From Lytechinus pictus (taxonomy: Eukaryota): a DNA stretch of 64,000 nt. Positions within the stretch are counted from its first letter, which is position 1; every line of letters starts with the position of its first letter. The notes under the pieces were generated by a model. The model saw only the letters and a list, made by a program, of their open reading frames with translations, was not told the DNA's origin and searched no databases. Where the stretch lies: positions 13,950,001 through 14,014,000 of the forward strand of contig NC_087262.1 of NCBI RefSeq assembly GCF_037042905.1. Reading direction: 5' to 3'. Position numbers and translations under genes: made by a program. This document shows positions 27,791 through 41,487 of the stretch, piece after piece.

Positions 27791-28318
27791 TTACATCCTT
27801 CCTATATTTACGCGCTACTAATGATGTAGGCCATATAGACGTTCCATGTTCCTTATCTTTCCTCTCCCTTTCCGTTGTTCAGTTGCAGTGGATATGAGTT
27901 CTGGAGAGATTGAAGAGCTCCATCATATTCCACTACTACTACTACTACTACGAGTTGCGAGGATGCCCCGAGGATACGGAGAGGATGCAGCGGACGTTTA
28001 CGGAAAATAACGGAAGATAACGTTCATGAGACGTTTGTTGCTCATTTATGTTGCGGATTTACATCGTACATGGCGGAAAGTTCATCCGTTTTAGCAGTTT
28101 TGTGCAGCTCAAAACTTTTTTGCAGGGAAGGACGCTCGATGGACAGATCGTATGCAACACGTATGCAATGAGTACACGATGGATGCATAGCTTTTTCCAA
28201 CGGATGGCAAGATTTTTTCTTTTTACATCCGCTTTGCATCCATAAGGGCAATGGGACTGGGTCTTTAAGGATCCAACTGAAATGTCGACCGTCCTTCACA
28301 AACATGACAAATAAATTT

Positions 28319-28815
28319 GCAACCGTAAGTCATTTTTCAACCAAACTTGGGTTATAGATGAACTTAAGGGACTTGCATGTTATGGTGCAGTCAGGGTCAC
28401 GTGGTAAGGTCAAAGGTCATTTTCAGGTCAACGTTAAATTTTAGGTGCAAAACTTTCTTATGACACAAAACTCTGCAACCATAAGTTCATTTTGAACTAA
28501 ATTTGGGTTGTAGAAATACTCAGGGGACCTGCATGTTATGGTGCAGTCGGAGGTCACATAGAAAGGTCAAAGGTCCTTTTGAGGTCAACCTTTAAGTTTA
28601 CCTGTAAGCCTCTCTATGAAACATAACTCTGCAACCGTAAGTCACTTTTCAACCAAACTTGGGTTGTACTATGTACTAAGGGGACCTGCATGTTATGGTG
28701 CAGTCGGAGGTCACATGGTAAGGTCAAAGGTTATTTTCAGGTCAACATTAAAGTTTAGGTCCAAGACTCTCTTATGACATAGTTCTGCAACCGTATCTCA
28801 CTTTTCAACCAAATT
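28319..28815. repeat. ~156-bp tandem repeat, ~3.2 units, probably the core of another HINE-like element
   Basis: gcaaccgtaagtcac...ggaggtcacatggtaaggtcaaaggtca repeated at ~28319, 28475, 28631 and 28787. Confidence 0.85.
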
Positions 28816-30365
28816 TAAAAAACTCTGTCCTCTTATTTTTGCCCTCTAAATAATAACCCCGTTATGACACTGCGTCTTCTTCTACACCCGCAAACACGTC
28901 ATTTAACCTTAACTCATGTAAAATATCAGTGCAATAATGCCATTTATATCAAAGGAGTGGAGTAGGTACAGGGGAATGTGAAAGAGAGTAGCATTTTATG
29001 AAATAGCCCTTCTCAAATTTCATTTTGTATTACATTCTAAACCAGATATTTCATAATTAATTTTCGACACAATGCTGTTGCGTGCGAGACACAATATTGC
29101 TAATGCCTTGTCTTTCGAGTTCCCCTGTTTCTCCTCCTTTTTATCAATCGATAAATCAAGGGGAAGTGGTCGCCCCTGACCCCCTTCATTTCATATGGCA
29201 CCGCCCTGAATACATGCTTATACAATCTGTCATGTGAACACACCCACTCTAGTCTAAATGAAAACAAAATTAAATCAGAAACTTATATGATAGCCATTTA
29301 ATTGTGAAATGAAACCGGTTGATCAGGCGATTCGTAAAATACATGTATTATGTATATATAATACAATCTTGGGAGCGTTTCATAAAATAACTTTTCGTAC
29401 CTCTTATCCGATAGTTACCATAGTAAATGGGATTTTCAACCAATCAGAATCAAGGAAAATTGTCAGATCTGACAACTTCTCAGGCAACAAATATTGATGA
29501 AACGCTATCCAAGATTACGCGTGAAGGACGCACACCACAACTGGGATCGGGCAATTTCGGGAATGCCCTTTAGACCAGTAAAATGACGTAATGGTTAGAA
29601 AAATATTCATATAAAATCAACGGTGCATATCTAAACAATTTTTTTTCATATGGGCATAGAGAGAGATTACTACTGGATCTGTTCAGTCCCATGGGAGAGC
29701 AGTAATTTGTCAATGCTTGATTTTTTTGGAACTTAATTAGTTGCCCAAGAAACCCTGTGAGCACGGTAACTGCAAAGGTCCATGCTGCAACCAAGTTTGC
29801 ATGTAGTCTTGGTTTGAGCCCCTGTAGCGCGAAAAAATGCTGCGAAACCCCTTTTCATATTTTTAGCGTCGGAAGGATATTGGATGAACTGCCAAATCAT
29901 AAAGGTTTGGATGGTGTCATTATTGAGACTTATTTTTAGCGATTTTTTCAAATCTCATTTTTAACACATGAGTTTTTTGGGAAATAGTTAGTGGTGTGTG
30001 ACCTGAACTTCCTACCTATTAAGAGACATCAGATGGCTCACAATCATTATTTCAAAAACATGAAATTGACTATCTATTTATGTCAGCGATAATAGCGCTA
30101 TGTATATAGATCATCAAAAGTTTTAAATCCTCTCATATAAAAAAATTCATTGTATAAATCAACCGCTTATTTAGTGTCCTGAAAATGCCATTGTGTGGAC
30201 GGTTTGATATAAAAACGTGTTTTTAGTCGTCATTTTTTTGCGAAAAAATGATAACAGCAATAACATTTTTTAATCATTATCCATGTGTAATTTTAAAAGG
30301 GATTGCATTTCATTTCGCATCCACCGAATAGTGTGTTTTTGTGGGTGTGTGTTGGGTGAGAAGTA

Positions 30366-30615
30366 CACTCTAAAATAATTGGGTAAAAACGCTTCGTGAG
30401 GGTAATTATGTGTCCAACCAACATTAGGCATTTCTTTGGGGCATTTTTATTTATCCAGTGTGATGAAAATTTTGCCCATTCTAAAGTAATTGCTGCTTAA
30501 TTTTTAACCTTACCAGACAATATGCTTCCCGCACTGGGTAAAATACGGCCCCAAATTGGTTGGACACATAATTACCCTCGTGCTGGTTAAAATTTTACCT
30601 AATATTTTTACAGTG
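30366..30615. mobile_element. CAC...GTG-ended MITE, mostly TA-flanked (related types at 37976-38259, 58719-58927, 60288-60984)
   Basis: ta-cactctaaaa ... ttttacagtg-ta with long internal inverted repeats. Confidence 0.75.
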
Positions 30616-32499
30616 TATATGTATTTTACTATACCTTTACGTATGTAAAGGTAGTGATATGATGTTAAAGTTCAGATAGAACGTAAGTCTATAAGGATAC
30701 AGTCAACATTGAATGGGATGAGATGCATCCAAACAATATTATTATTTCAGGGGTTATCATGTACCAACCCAGTCGCGTCAGCACACCCTAACACACACAC
30801 ACACCCACGCACTCACACACGTCCATCTCCAGCACACCCATACATTGTAATACAATTGTAAAGATGTTTAATAGTGTGTTGTTGTGGTTACTTAAGTAAT
30901 ATGCATGCCCCTAGCCTACTCTTCGTCTTCCATTCCTATACCAAGAACAAAAAGAACGATTAGGGAAAATATTTGTGTTAATCTACTGTCACCAAACTTT
31001 AGAATACTCTTTCAAAAGTATTACGCAATAAACTGACATTTCAGAGGTTAAAAAGAGCAGATAAAATGAATATTTTTTTTCAAAAATACATCACTCCTAA
31101 TATTCTTAGTATGAGGGCGCTCTCGTTCTCCCATATATAGGGGGTAGAAGTGTACAGATGCATTTTGTGGATTATATGCAGCGAAATTGAGGGGTGATCG
31201 TCTTTACTTAACCAAAAATAGACCGATCTTTACTTTAAGAGTAATATTTGGAGAAAAAAAATAAAATCCATAAAAGCAAGTTGAGTTACGGGCATTTTTT
31301 TTTATTTAATTCATTTTGATTCATTTGTATTCTGCATAACAATATAACACGATTTCATAAATATAACAAAGACATTTTAACAATAAATCAGGTGTATTAT
31401 TATATATCATTAAACATAAAATCACTTGTGGAATATGGATTGTCATTGTAAGCAAAAATGCTTGAAAATATGACAATTTGTTGATTCATAGCGTCGAAAG
31501 CCTCGGAGAGGTCCAGAAAATACCAACAATAAGAAATGCTTTGATACAAATTTAAAGGTAACTGGTATTTTGTACATTATGTGATTGACTTAGATCGATT
31601 GAAGTCAAGACTTTATTCCAGACACTGCTGGATAAGCAGAGGTCCATATAAACAAACAGTATAGTATACATCAAGACAGACATACAGAGATAAAACTAGA
31701 TTTAACAAAGAACAGATGATTATGTACTGATAGTAAAACACGGTATAAATTACTCTTTACAATATTAAATATAAAATGATCACACTAAAAAGATACTAGG
31801 AATAAAAGTTGACTACACAAAACAAAATGACAGGAATGTATGAAAAGTATAATGGAAATATTTACAAATGGCATAATGAGGTAACTTGTATCAACAAAAG
31901 ACAAACATATGTAACTTTTTTTTAGTAGATTGCGACTCATGACTCTGCCATTAAATAATACTAATACTTCCACAATTTTGATTTATATCTCGTACCATGG
32001 ACCCATTACGAATATGCTCGTACTGAGGGATCAAATTCATCACCTGAAGCAGTTAATAAGCCCTTATCCTTCCGCCAGTCAAAATATAGTTCCAAAGTTG
32101 GTGATATTTCTTCCCAATTTGGGAAAGGAAGTTCAGTAATTACCAAAAATAGAATCAGTGTTAGATGGACAATAATATTCACACACTTTGTCAATCAGCC
32201 ATATATAAATAATTAAAAAAAATTGTCAATGGGTTGGCTCAAATCATGGACCTATCCATGCTCAAATGAATATCTGTTGCCTTCCCGATGTTAATAGGCC
32301 CGTGCGACATCCAAAGTGTCATCTGTCAGTCTTCGCTACAGCCACATATGATATTGATTCAGTATCCACCATGCGAATATGCTCATCGTGCAAAAAAATG
32401 GAAACACATGAAAGAAGGGGAAGAGTTGTACATTTAATTGAAAGTTGGCGTGGATACCATATTTTGAATGATTTTAGAAGGTGGTAGACAAGAAGTATT

Positions 32500-32650
32500 G
32501 TGGTATTGTAGAAGTTTATTCCATAGGAATAGCCCAGCATACTGAAAAGACCGACCCCATGAGTTATGAGATTGTGTTCGAGCGAGTAAAGATGATCTGG
32601 CAGACTTAAGGTTCAAATAGGGATTGTATGGATTTATCAAGCTACACTTA
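32500..32650 (-). mobile_element. L2/CR1 LINE ORF2 C-terminal remnant in the 3' flank of copy 2
   Basis: Translation LKSARSSLL...WGRSFQYAGLFLWNKL resembles the G.RSF..A.P.LWN.LP motif. Confidence 0.55.
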
Positions 32651-32710
32651 ATTGTATTGAGGGTCAGTTCTGTTTGAGAGAACTCTTAATGATTGTTTTC
32701 ACAATGTGCT

Positions 32711-33066
32711 TTAATTTAACATATTCTCATATCTACGTCTTTTACAACAACAGAAAATGGAATATATACATCGTTCACAACAATCACATTGAATACAGCA
32801 GCAACAATTACTAAGTCTATTAAATGTAACGCCTACTCTTTCTGTCCAACTCATTTCCGCGCAGAGAAATCTCCCAAGTTCTTGATGTTGCTCGTGGCTC
32901 AGTTGTATTGGTTCATGCGACAGCTGACCTCCAATCAGAACAAGCGATGCACACTGGAATGTTGTAGGCTGGGTGTGGCGAAAGTTAGACATTACAAAAT
33001 GAAGTTTGTCCGGTGAAAGGTCCTTTTCGAGAAAGTCATGGACGATGACTCCCACTTTACTTTTTC
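32711..33066 (-). CDS. Array gene copy 2, coding exon 3; spliced product 232 aa with Cys-rich tail
   Basis: cttatgcag|GA acceptor. 21+322+356=699 nt, in frame to TAA. Tail CCCCIQCDCCERCIYSIFCCCKRRRYENMLN. Confidence 0.85.
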
Positions 33067-34360
33067 CTGCATAAGATGAATATTTATTATGATTATCTAA
33101 ACTGTTTAAGGTGCCCCAAAACAGAAGATAAATACAGTCGGTGAATGAGCTCCTAAAAGCTTTAGGGAATGAAGCCCTTGAATAGTTGATTGTCAGCGTT
33201 TTGGTGAAAATCTCTTTCTAAGTTTTGTTTCTTTTCCTTTATCAAACCAAGTATTACACGTCGAAACATTGACAATATTGGCCGTCCATCAAAGGGTCAA
33301 TTTTTCTCCCACATGGTATATTTGCTTCCAAAATATCAACAAGTGGAATATCCCTGGTAGTTTCGCCTGCATGGCACGATTCAATTGAGGACCAGAGGGC
33401 GTATCATGGAAGGTCTCGTCGGACATTTCATCTGACAGGTCCCGTTTCATCCGATCGTTATCATGGTTACAGTTCTTCTCAGCCAATTTAAAATCAAGGA
33501 AAGTTTTTAGATCTGACAATATATGTCGGACGATAAAATTAATGTTGATTAAACGCTTTGCAGATAGAAGCGTGCCCCGAGGGTCCACAATAACCATGGA
33601 CCCTACTACGAAGGGTCCATGCATTAAATTATTTACGTTTCGCGTTTTGGAATCAGAATCCCATCGCAATCCAAAGAGCAAAGGAGTCACCCCCCCCCCC
33701 CAGTATACAACCTCCTCTTTGCCCAACCCCTCCCCCCTTCCCCGGCGATAATAAGCCCAGTACAATCTATTTCTGCAAGTGGTCCCCCTTAAAATGAAAA
33801 CCGGATAGATGCCTTTGTCCTTGTTCAGACGCAGGCTGTTTTTTTCGGAGTTAGGTCGGAAGAAGGGACAAAAGAAATTGCGCAGTGCCCGTCTGGACAG
33901 AAGTCGTGGAAAGTTCCTTTACGACCTTCCTCCGACCGTGATACTCCAGATTTTTCCAGGAGTATCTCGCTATATCACGACTATAGCTGATGCGCGTAGA
34001 AGCTTAACTAGGAGTATCTGTGACCTCACGCCCTCGCGTTAAACTACCGGGTCAAATTGCCAACAGTTGATAACTTACAGCTCTATCTACTATTAGATTT
34101 CCCGCGGAACAATCGTATAAGGTCGTAGTACACGTACACCATGTACACTGCTACTACTTCCTGAAGTTACTCTGACCCTCCGTAATGGCCCCTGCAAAGG
34201 TCGTTGTAAACAAGCCAGAGTTTCTCTCGTGATCGGACTCGTAGACTATGGGTCGTAATAAGATAAATATCTTTGGAATTTTAATTGCTGCGTAATAAAA
34301 GTTTACTCCCACTTTATCGGAACCCACGTCTGAACATGACTTCTAAACAAAATTACGTAC

Positions 34361-34682
34361 CCAATTGCTTCATGGCTCTGTGAAGGAATCTATCATAAAG
34401 TGCACCTCCGACATCAGTTATTGAGAAACTTCTGTTTTCTATGGAGTGGCAGAGAAGAAGGACATCGACCCTCCTCAAGTCAAACTTGTCCATTTCATTG
34501 ATATTGTACGGCAGTGGTTCGAAGTTCACATTTTCAACGACATCCGTCATATTTTGTTCGATGTAATGAATAAGACCAGATACTTTTGAGTTTGCTTGCG
34601 AAAAGCCATGACAACATACGGTGACCTTCATCTTCCTTTTTACAGAGACAATGCAAATTGAATCAGATTTCTCTCGGGAGAA
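34361..34682 (-). CDS. Array gene copy 2, coding exon 2 (FSREKSD...RAMKQL-G)
   Basis: ttctatttcag| acceptor, G|gtacgt donor. Family motifs LPYN and CHSIENRSFSITDV..LYD. Confidence 0.85.
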
Positions 34683-35420
34683 CTGAAATAGAATAAGAGG
34701 TAATAACAGCAAGGGCGATCCATCAGATTAGGCGCCAAATAATTTTCTGGGGTGGCTTTATTTGAACCTCCTCTCTTGATCTAACATGACTACATCAGAT
34801 TCCTATTTGATGCCAAAAAGTGAAATAAATACTGATGTTTTATTATTACTATATAGGCATATATAATTTGATTATGAAGAATGAATTTAATTGGAATGGA
34901 ATTTAATTTACAACTTCAATGTTCTTGGCACGCAATCACTGCCTAGGCCGATGTTATTCTACTTAAAGCATGAGGAAGGAAATAAGCAAAACGTAATATC
35001 CGGTAAAATAGCAAAAATTGTTTTCATTATTACATATTACAATAGCATGAGAGTTTCCTCATCGTATCTCATGGTGCTGTTTTTGAAATGAATTTTGGTC
35101 TGGAAGAAACCATTTCTTTTAATTTAAGCGCATTAAAAACACATTTTTCGCTAATATGCCACTTGGGCGGGGTTTCTTTTCAAATTCGACAAGTTTAGTA
35201 ATTAACGCATGCTATCTTAGTTGATCGTAACTTATGAAAAAGCAATCAAAACTCATGTCTGGTTTTGCTATTGATTGAATATTGCTAGCTTAATAAAAGG
35301 AAGTGAAAGCTTTACCATTAGCGTTCTGTGTGCAATTTACATTTTTTTAAATTCTGATTATAAAAACAGAGCAAGGGATAATAATCAAACAGAGTAATGA
35401 GGATATAGAATTAGACCTAC

Positions 35421-35441
35421 TTGTACGGAAGTAGAAGCCAT
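35421..35441 (-). CDS. Array gene copy 2, coding exon 1 (MASTSVQ)
   Basis: ATG GCT TCT ACT TCC GTA CAA|gtaggt; identical in copy 3; in frame with exon 2. Confidence 0.7.
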
Positions 35442-36175
35442 GTCTCCTGCATCCTTTTGACAACAAAATGATCTCCTCAGAATGGAAAGGCTGAGCTTAT
35501 CAAGTCTTCAAATTAGATCTGGATCACATGATCGCAGATGATAATACACAAACCAAATGAAAAGCCAACATGTACACATGACTTATCATTTCGACTGCGT
35601 CCGTCATACGTCCAGGACTCGGGTCAAAGCCGAGAGTGAAGGAAGGAATCAGCTTGCGCGGCGGAAGGGTTGATGACTATATTAAATTCAAGGAAATATA
35701 TATGGAAGCAACAACAGAATTTGCATTTAAAAACTGAAAATGTATAAAACTTACTCGCATGATAAGTTAAAGAAAAAAAGAGGAAAATTTCTGGGCAACC
35801 CAAGGGATGCGGACATTTTTTCTTGGTCATTCGACGGGGCGGCGCAAGAGGGAGATAGGGGCGCGCGAACGGCTATATGATTTTCAAGTAGTATAAAAGA
35901 GGGAAGCGAAAAAATGTTCGTTATTATAAAAAAAATATTGTGTGAATTATTAGTCAATACTCGGATTTCAAAAATGATTTATTTTCTTTACTTTTTAAAA
36001 GTAACATGAATAAGCCTATTTGTAATGTTATACTGGACATAAACAGGATGAATTCTCTCTTCAAATTGGCCTACTCGCCCGAAAAGGCTGGCTTTTGGTG
36101 TTGCAACATCACGCTTTTTTAAATGTGTATCCAACAATTTTATTTTATTTCTTCAAACAAATCCTTCCTGTAGGA

Positions 36176-36563
36176 GCACTAGCGTACCTACGGGGTGGGG
36201 GGGAAGAGGGGGCAGTCTGCCCCCCCCCCCCTGACGAGCCACAACCCATGCAAAGGACGTATCCCTGCCCCCCCCCCCTGACGAGCTTGAAAGACCTTTT
36301 TTACCCACCCTGACGAGCTCGAAGACCTTTATTGCCCCCCTGACGAGCTTGGATTTTTTTTTTTTTTTTTTTTTGCTTGTCAAATTTTTTTCTGGTACGA
36401 AATCCTTCATTTGTGATTAAAGACCTTTTTTTTTTGCTTGTCAAATTTTTTCTGGTACGAAATCTTTCATTTGTGATTGAGGACCTTTTTTTTTTTTTTT
36501 GCTTGTCAAATTTTTTGGCGGACGGTTTTGCCCCCCCTGTGAAAAATCGTAGGAACGCCATTG
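36176..36563. mobile_element. MITE family with internal cccctgacgagc and cttgtcaaatttttt repeats (also 55664-55993; partial at 47541-47736)
   Basis: Termini cactagcgtacctacgg / cctaggtacgccactg; absent at the corresponding site in unit B (~47300). Confidence 0.8.
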
Positions 36564-38734
36564 TGTAAGAGTATACACAAGTATAACAAATATGTAATAA
36601 AAATGTGCCAGGATATGCATTGGAAAAAATTGTTTTATGATATCGAGAAAAGGATGGTGTAGCGAAGGAATATTGTCTGTGTGTACCACATAAACAGAAA
36701 AGGTATTAAGGGAAACTGATATTATTATAGGTGTATACTTTGAATTTTTCATAAGAATAGTAAGAATTTTCTTACAATGTTTTATGTGATTGCCTGAAGA
36801 AAAGCAGATGATGATGAAAAAAATATTTCGGGTTATTTATGTAACCATTAATAAGTTAATTGATTAATGAATGAATGAATTAATTAATTAATTAATTAAT
36901 TAATGGTAATTTACATTAATAATAATGATGTTAATTGTGAAATTAATATTTTTCATCAGTGCGAGATTATAAATAGTTTTTACGTCATTCTTATACCCGT
37001 TTCATTGAAATGAATTCAAATTAGCTTTTATAATCCGGTACCTATATAAATATATAAATGAAACAAAGTTTGACTATAAATACTATCCAAAGTTCTTTCT
37101 AAAGTTCCTTTCATGCTTTTCATGAAATATAGCAAGGCATTGCACGAAATTATGCACTACAGTTTGAGAGTAGATCGGATCGAATCGAATCGAATCGACA
37201 CCAGAAAAGAAATTGCCAATTCCTCCATGGCCTACTCGTGCACTCACCACATGGTCTACCTTCATTTAGTCTAAGGCCATTCCGTCCATCAACATTTCGT
37301 CTAACAACCAATTGGCCTATGGTTCAATCATCACTTCGTCTTATCACCAGTCCGTCCATGACCATTTCGTCTCATAACCAGTTGGTCTAATATTCGTTTT
37401 ATTTTCATTCATTTCGGCCAAATTTACACTTAGTCTAATAAAAACCATACACACCTTTTTTGTTTTCCGTACCTTTAATAACCTTTCCGCGACTTTTATG
37501 CCGGATTTGCACCTTCCGAAATACTAAATCCACCTAATATGTGGTATCTCTTTCATAATGGATTCTTCTTATATACCAAATGGGGCAACCATGTCGTAGT
37601 CGGCGAAACTAACCCCAGGCCGATCAAAACTATTACTTTACAAAGGCATCGGTCGGTTTCGTTGGGGGTACTGAAGCATTTTGGCACAGTCACACCGGCG
37701 AAAATTAACACCAAACCGAGTACAGATATTACGTTATTTCCAATGTCATACCATTGGTCGGTTTGGAGTTGGTTTCGTTGGTGTGACTGACGCATTTTGC
37801 TACAGTCACACTGATGAAATCGACTCCTAATCGATCAAATCTATTACGTTATTTCCAATGTCATATCATCGGTCGGTTTGGAGTCAGTTTCATTGGTGTA
37901 ACTGCGAAATGTTGAACTGGATGCTATACTATTTTAGGGAGTAATGTTTTTCTGTACAACTAATTCTAGAGAGTACACATTGTTAAAAAACCGTGATTTT
38001 ACAGAAAAAAGAGAAGATTTTGCAGAAAGCAATAACAGAATCATTCTGTAAATTCGTAAAACAGGATTTTTTCTGCAATTTAACAGATCAGGTCTGTTTA
38101 AAAAGGGGAAAAGGGTGTTTTATTAAATGAAATTTGTAAGATTCCATACACCAAATACCATTTCCTGTAAGATTACGCAATCTGGTAAGATTACAGGTGT
38201 TCTCGAGACTCTACTGCAGGAACTTCTTTTATTTTAAGGATTTGAATTTTCTAACAGTGCATGATTTTAATTCTAAGGGTGCATCTGTCACCCTCTCTAA
38301 CACGTTTAAATTTAAATTTCAGTGAAATATTTATTTTCTCCCGATTGACATTACGCAGGTTAGATCCTATTTCATAAAAAATGAACAAATCAATAGTACT
38401 AACATTAATATAACAATGAATGTAAATACATGTATATGTATGTAATTTATGTACATGGAAGGAGGCGTAAAAAACAGAAAGCAGCAGGTGCTTGTGTCTG
38501 GATACGCCTGAAAGAGTATACAACTAAACAACAAATACTAAAAGAAAGGGCTACGAGAAGGGAAATAAATAGAAGAGAAGAGAAGAAAAGTGCAAACATA
38601 AAGCACCGTTTTTAAAGAACAGTTTAAAATCGCACCAAACATCTTTAGATTGACCAAAACTATATAGCATGATTATCACAATAATGAATATTATTACATG
38701 GAATAATCCCGGCATTTATTGCAACCTTTGTGAT

Positions 38735-38897
38735 CTGGGTCCCGTAACACAAAGGTTAGCGATTGATCGCTAATTTCAAAGAACAATTCTGATTGGTTCA
38801 TAGTTAGTCTACTTAGCAAAATGCGCATTCAACGAGGATCTTGATTGGTCACTGGTATTTAGCGATTGATTGCAAACCTTCGTGTTATGGAGCCCTG
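38735..38897. mobile_element. MITE with CTG target duplication (Harbinger-like); relative at ~17380-17510
   Basis: gggtcccgtaacacaaaggtt / aaccttcgtgttatggagccc; empty site atctggttta at ~48871. Confidence 0.75.
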
Positions 38898-39792
38898 GTT
38901 TACTAATTTAGTAGACTTTTGTCAAAAGTACTACTTGTTATCAAGTATTCTGATGTTATTGGGGAGCAGTGGCGCAATGAGCCAAAAATTTTGAGTGGGC
39001 TAGATATTGCTTATCGGAAAAATAAATAAATAGTTGCGAGAGAGGAAAAAATCCCGAAATTTTTATTACAAAAATCAAATTTTTTGGATTTTGACATAAT
39101 ATTCATAAAATGTCTTATTTCACCCTTTTTTATTTTCTCTTTTTTGTCTTGGCCGAGAAAATTTTGGGGGGAAGCGCCCTTCCAAGTCCCTCCCCCCATC
39201 TGTACGCCACTGTTGGAAGGGAAAATTTCAAAGTTCGTCCTAGCACTCCTCTTTTGCAGCCCCTACTAGAAGACCTATAATTGTCATCATTTTATTCAGT
39301 CTAGCATATTTAAAGAATGGAACAACATCCTCTTCTTTATCAAAGTTCACTACAGATCAAGTTTTAAAAAATCTCTGAAAACTTACCTTTTTACTAAATA
39401 GTACTTGTCTTTTAATCTCTTTCGTACATGCATATATTGTCAGTATGTAGTCTGATGTGTTTGTAAACACTGTGATATAGCTTTACTATGGAGAGCGTAC
39501 TAACTGCTGGTTATTATTATCATCTTCATCATCATTCTTATTATTATTAATATTATTATTATCTTCATCACTATCGTCTTTAGATATGACAACATTACTA
39601 CAACTATCTACACGTATAGAGTAACGTTTGCTTTCCATAAGGTCATTTTTCATATTTCATTCGATTGAGATGGAGTATGACTCAGCTTTGGGGGTCTTTC
39701 GCCAAACATAAAGAGGATAAACGGGATGAACCCTTCTCCGATTTGAGCAAATTAATTTCCGTTTCAGATTTACCAATTATAACGGTTACAGC

Positions 39793-39872
39793 CCGATAGA
39801 CCGCGGGTCCGATAGACCGCGGGTCCGATAGTCCGCGGGTCCGATAGACCGCGGGTCCGATAGTCCGCGGGG
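39793..39872. repeat. GC-rich 16-bp minisatellite (ccgatag[a/t]ccgcgggt) x5
   Basis: Direct inspection. Confidence 0.95.
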
Positions 39873-40104
39873 TCTATGTCAAATGATATGACCTTCTAGA
39901 ATAGATAGCCCTTGTCAATCGCCCCTAAAAAACTACCCCCCCCCCCCGTGGACCGCATGTTATCGTCATATGTTCTAATTAATAATATGCGGATCCAGGG
40001 TGTGAGGGGCCCGGGGCCCACTATTAGCGGAGCAAAAAACAAAGAAAAAAGGGGAAAGAAAATGAAAAAATATGAAATGAGAGGAGAAAAGACAAGGAAT
40101 ATTT

Positions 40105-40373
40105 AATATAGGGTATTGATATTGCGCACATATCCACCTTGTTAGGTGCTCAAGGCAGTCCTATAATTACCCGGCTAAGCTAGGCGTTCATAGCGCACAC
40201 AGCTTTTTAAGGAATTACTTCCTACCGGTACCCATTTACCTCACCTGGGTTGAGTGCAGCACATTGTGGATCAGTTTCTTGCCGAAGGAAATTACGCCAT
40301 GGCTGGGATTCGAACCCAGCACGACCCTCTGTTTCAAAGTCCGAAGACTAATCCACTAGGCCACAACGCTCCA
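40105..40373 (-). mobile_element. tRNA-derived SINE (best copy in window)
   Basis: Minus strand: tggcctagtgg A box, gttcgaatccc B box, ctcaacccaggtgaggtaaatgggtacc central block, L2-like tail. Confidence 0.85.
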
Positions 40374-41487
40374 CGTATGAGAAGGAAGGCGAGTGAAACG
40401 AAACACGTATGCTCGTTGCTTCTCCGGAAATGGGGTCAATGTAGGGAAAATGTGGTATAGAATTATTCCCGACTTTTTCTTGAATTAAGGGAAAGTTTTC
40501 ACGGATAGTTTTTCGTGTCAAATCTCTAAGTAGGGTCTCGAATATAGTCCAGAAGCATGTGAAAAGGCGGTTATTTTGCTAACTCCTTTCAAAGGGGGCA
40601 ATAGGGAGTAATATTCATGCAGGTTCCCTTCAAAAATAAATTTTGACACGGCTTCCTCTAACAATTGGCGGTATCTCTTAGAATCAGGAACAAGTTTACG
40701 TATATGGTTCACACCCTGAATGTGGGGGGTCCACAAGTACACACGTCTCGCAGGCAATTACCCACACCCCTTCGCTCCTCAATCCGCCTTCTTTTCAATA
40801 TTAACTTATTTATTTTTAACTGGATAATGCAATAAGAGAAGCTAACGCCAATAACTGGATTGATATACACTCTGATTTCTTAACAAAACTAAACTCAAAG
40901 TTTTATTTTAAACAACCAACCAAATATCTAAAAACAGAGGCGTAGATAAATCTTTAGTACATGTTCATCAAGATAATCTTTGAACAAATGTTATACACAA
41001 ATCATATCAACTCAAATATTTAAGAAGTAACGAATGCAAACTATAAAGCATATATTGCTTGAGAATGAAACAATAAATAAACGAGGAAAAGACATAACGG
41101 ACAAGATATTTTGCATTCAAGAATATCAACTGAATGAGTTAAAGGTTCTGATTTGCTTTGAACACAATTTTTGAAAAGAAAAATAATAACGAACTAAGAA
41201 ATAAAGGCCCGAAATGGATATGGATTACAAAATTGCGAGCATGCCTTTTTGCTCAAAAACAAAGTGTATAAACTTAACAGGGGCAAAAAAATGATGGTTA
41301 AAAACGAATAGAAAGACAATTGTTCCAAATATCAGATACATGTCAAGAAACCAGCTTTGTCATAGTGCCGTTAGTCTCAGAGAAAAACAAGTATAGTTGA
41401 TATTGAGGGGGTGTATGGAGCAAGAATTTATTTCCTATGAAATTTGCTAATTTGTACACATTTCAAATAAAAACATGAATAAATAAA

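Larger units (their letters stand above)
32781..39783. repeat. Segmental duplication unit A (contains most of copy 2)
   Basis: Co-linear with 43927-49514 through introns and flanks. Confidence 0.95.

Noticed and set aside
33289-33765. 158-aa ORF duplicated at 44436-44837
   Set aside because: Intronic, runs through a MITE, and its start is shifted by a poly-C length change between copies. Conservation only reflects the recent duplication.
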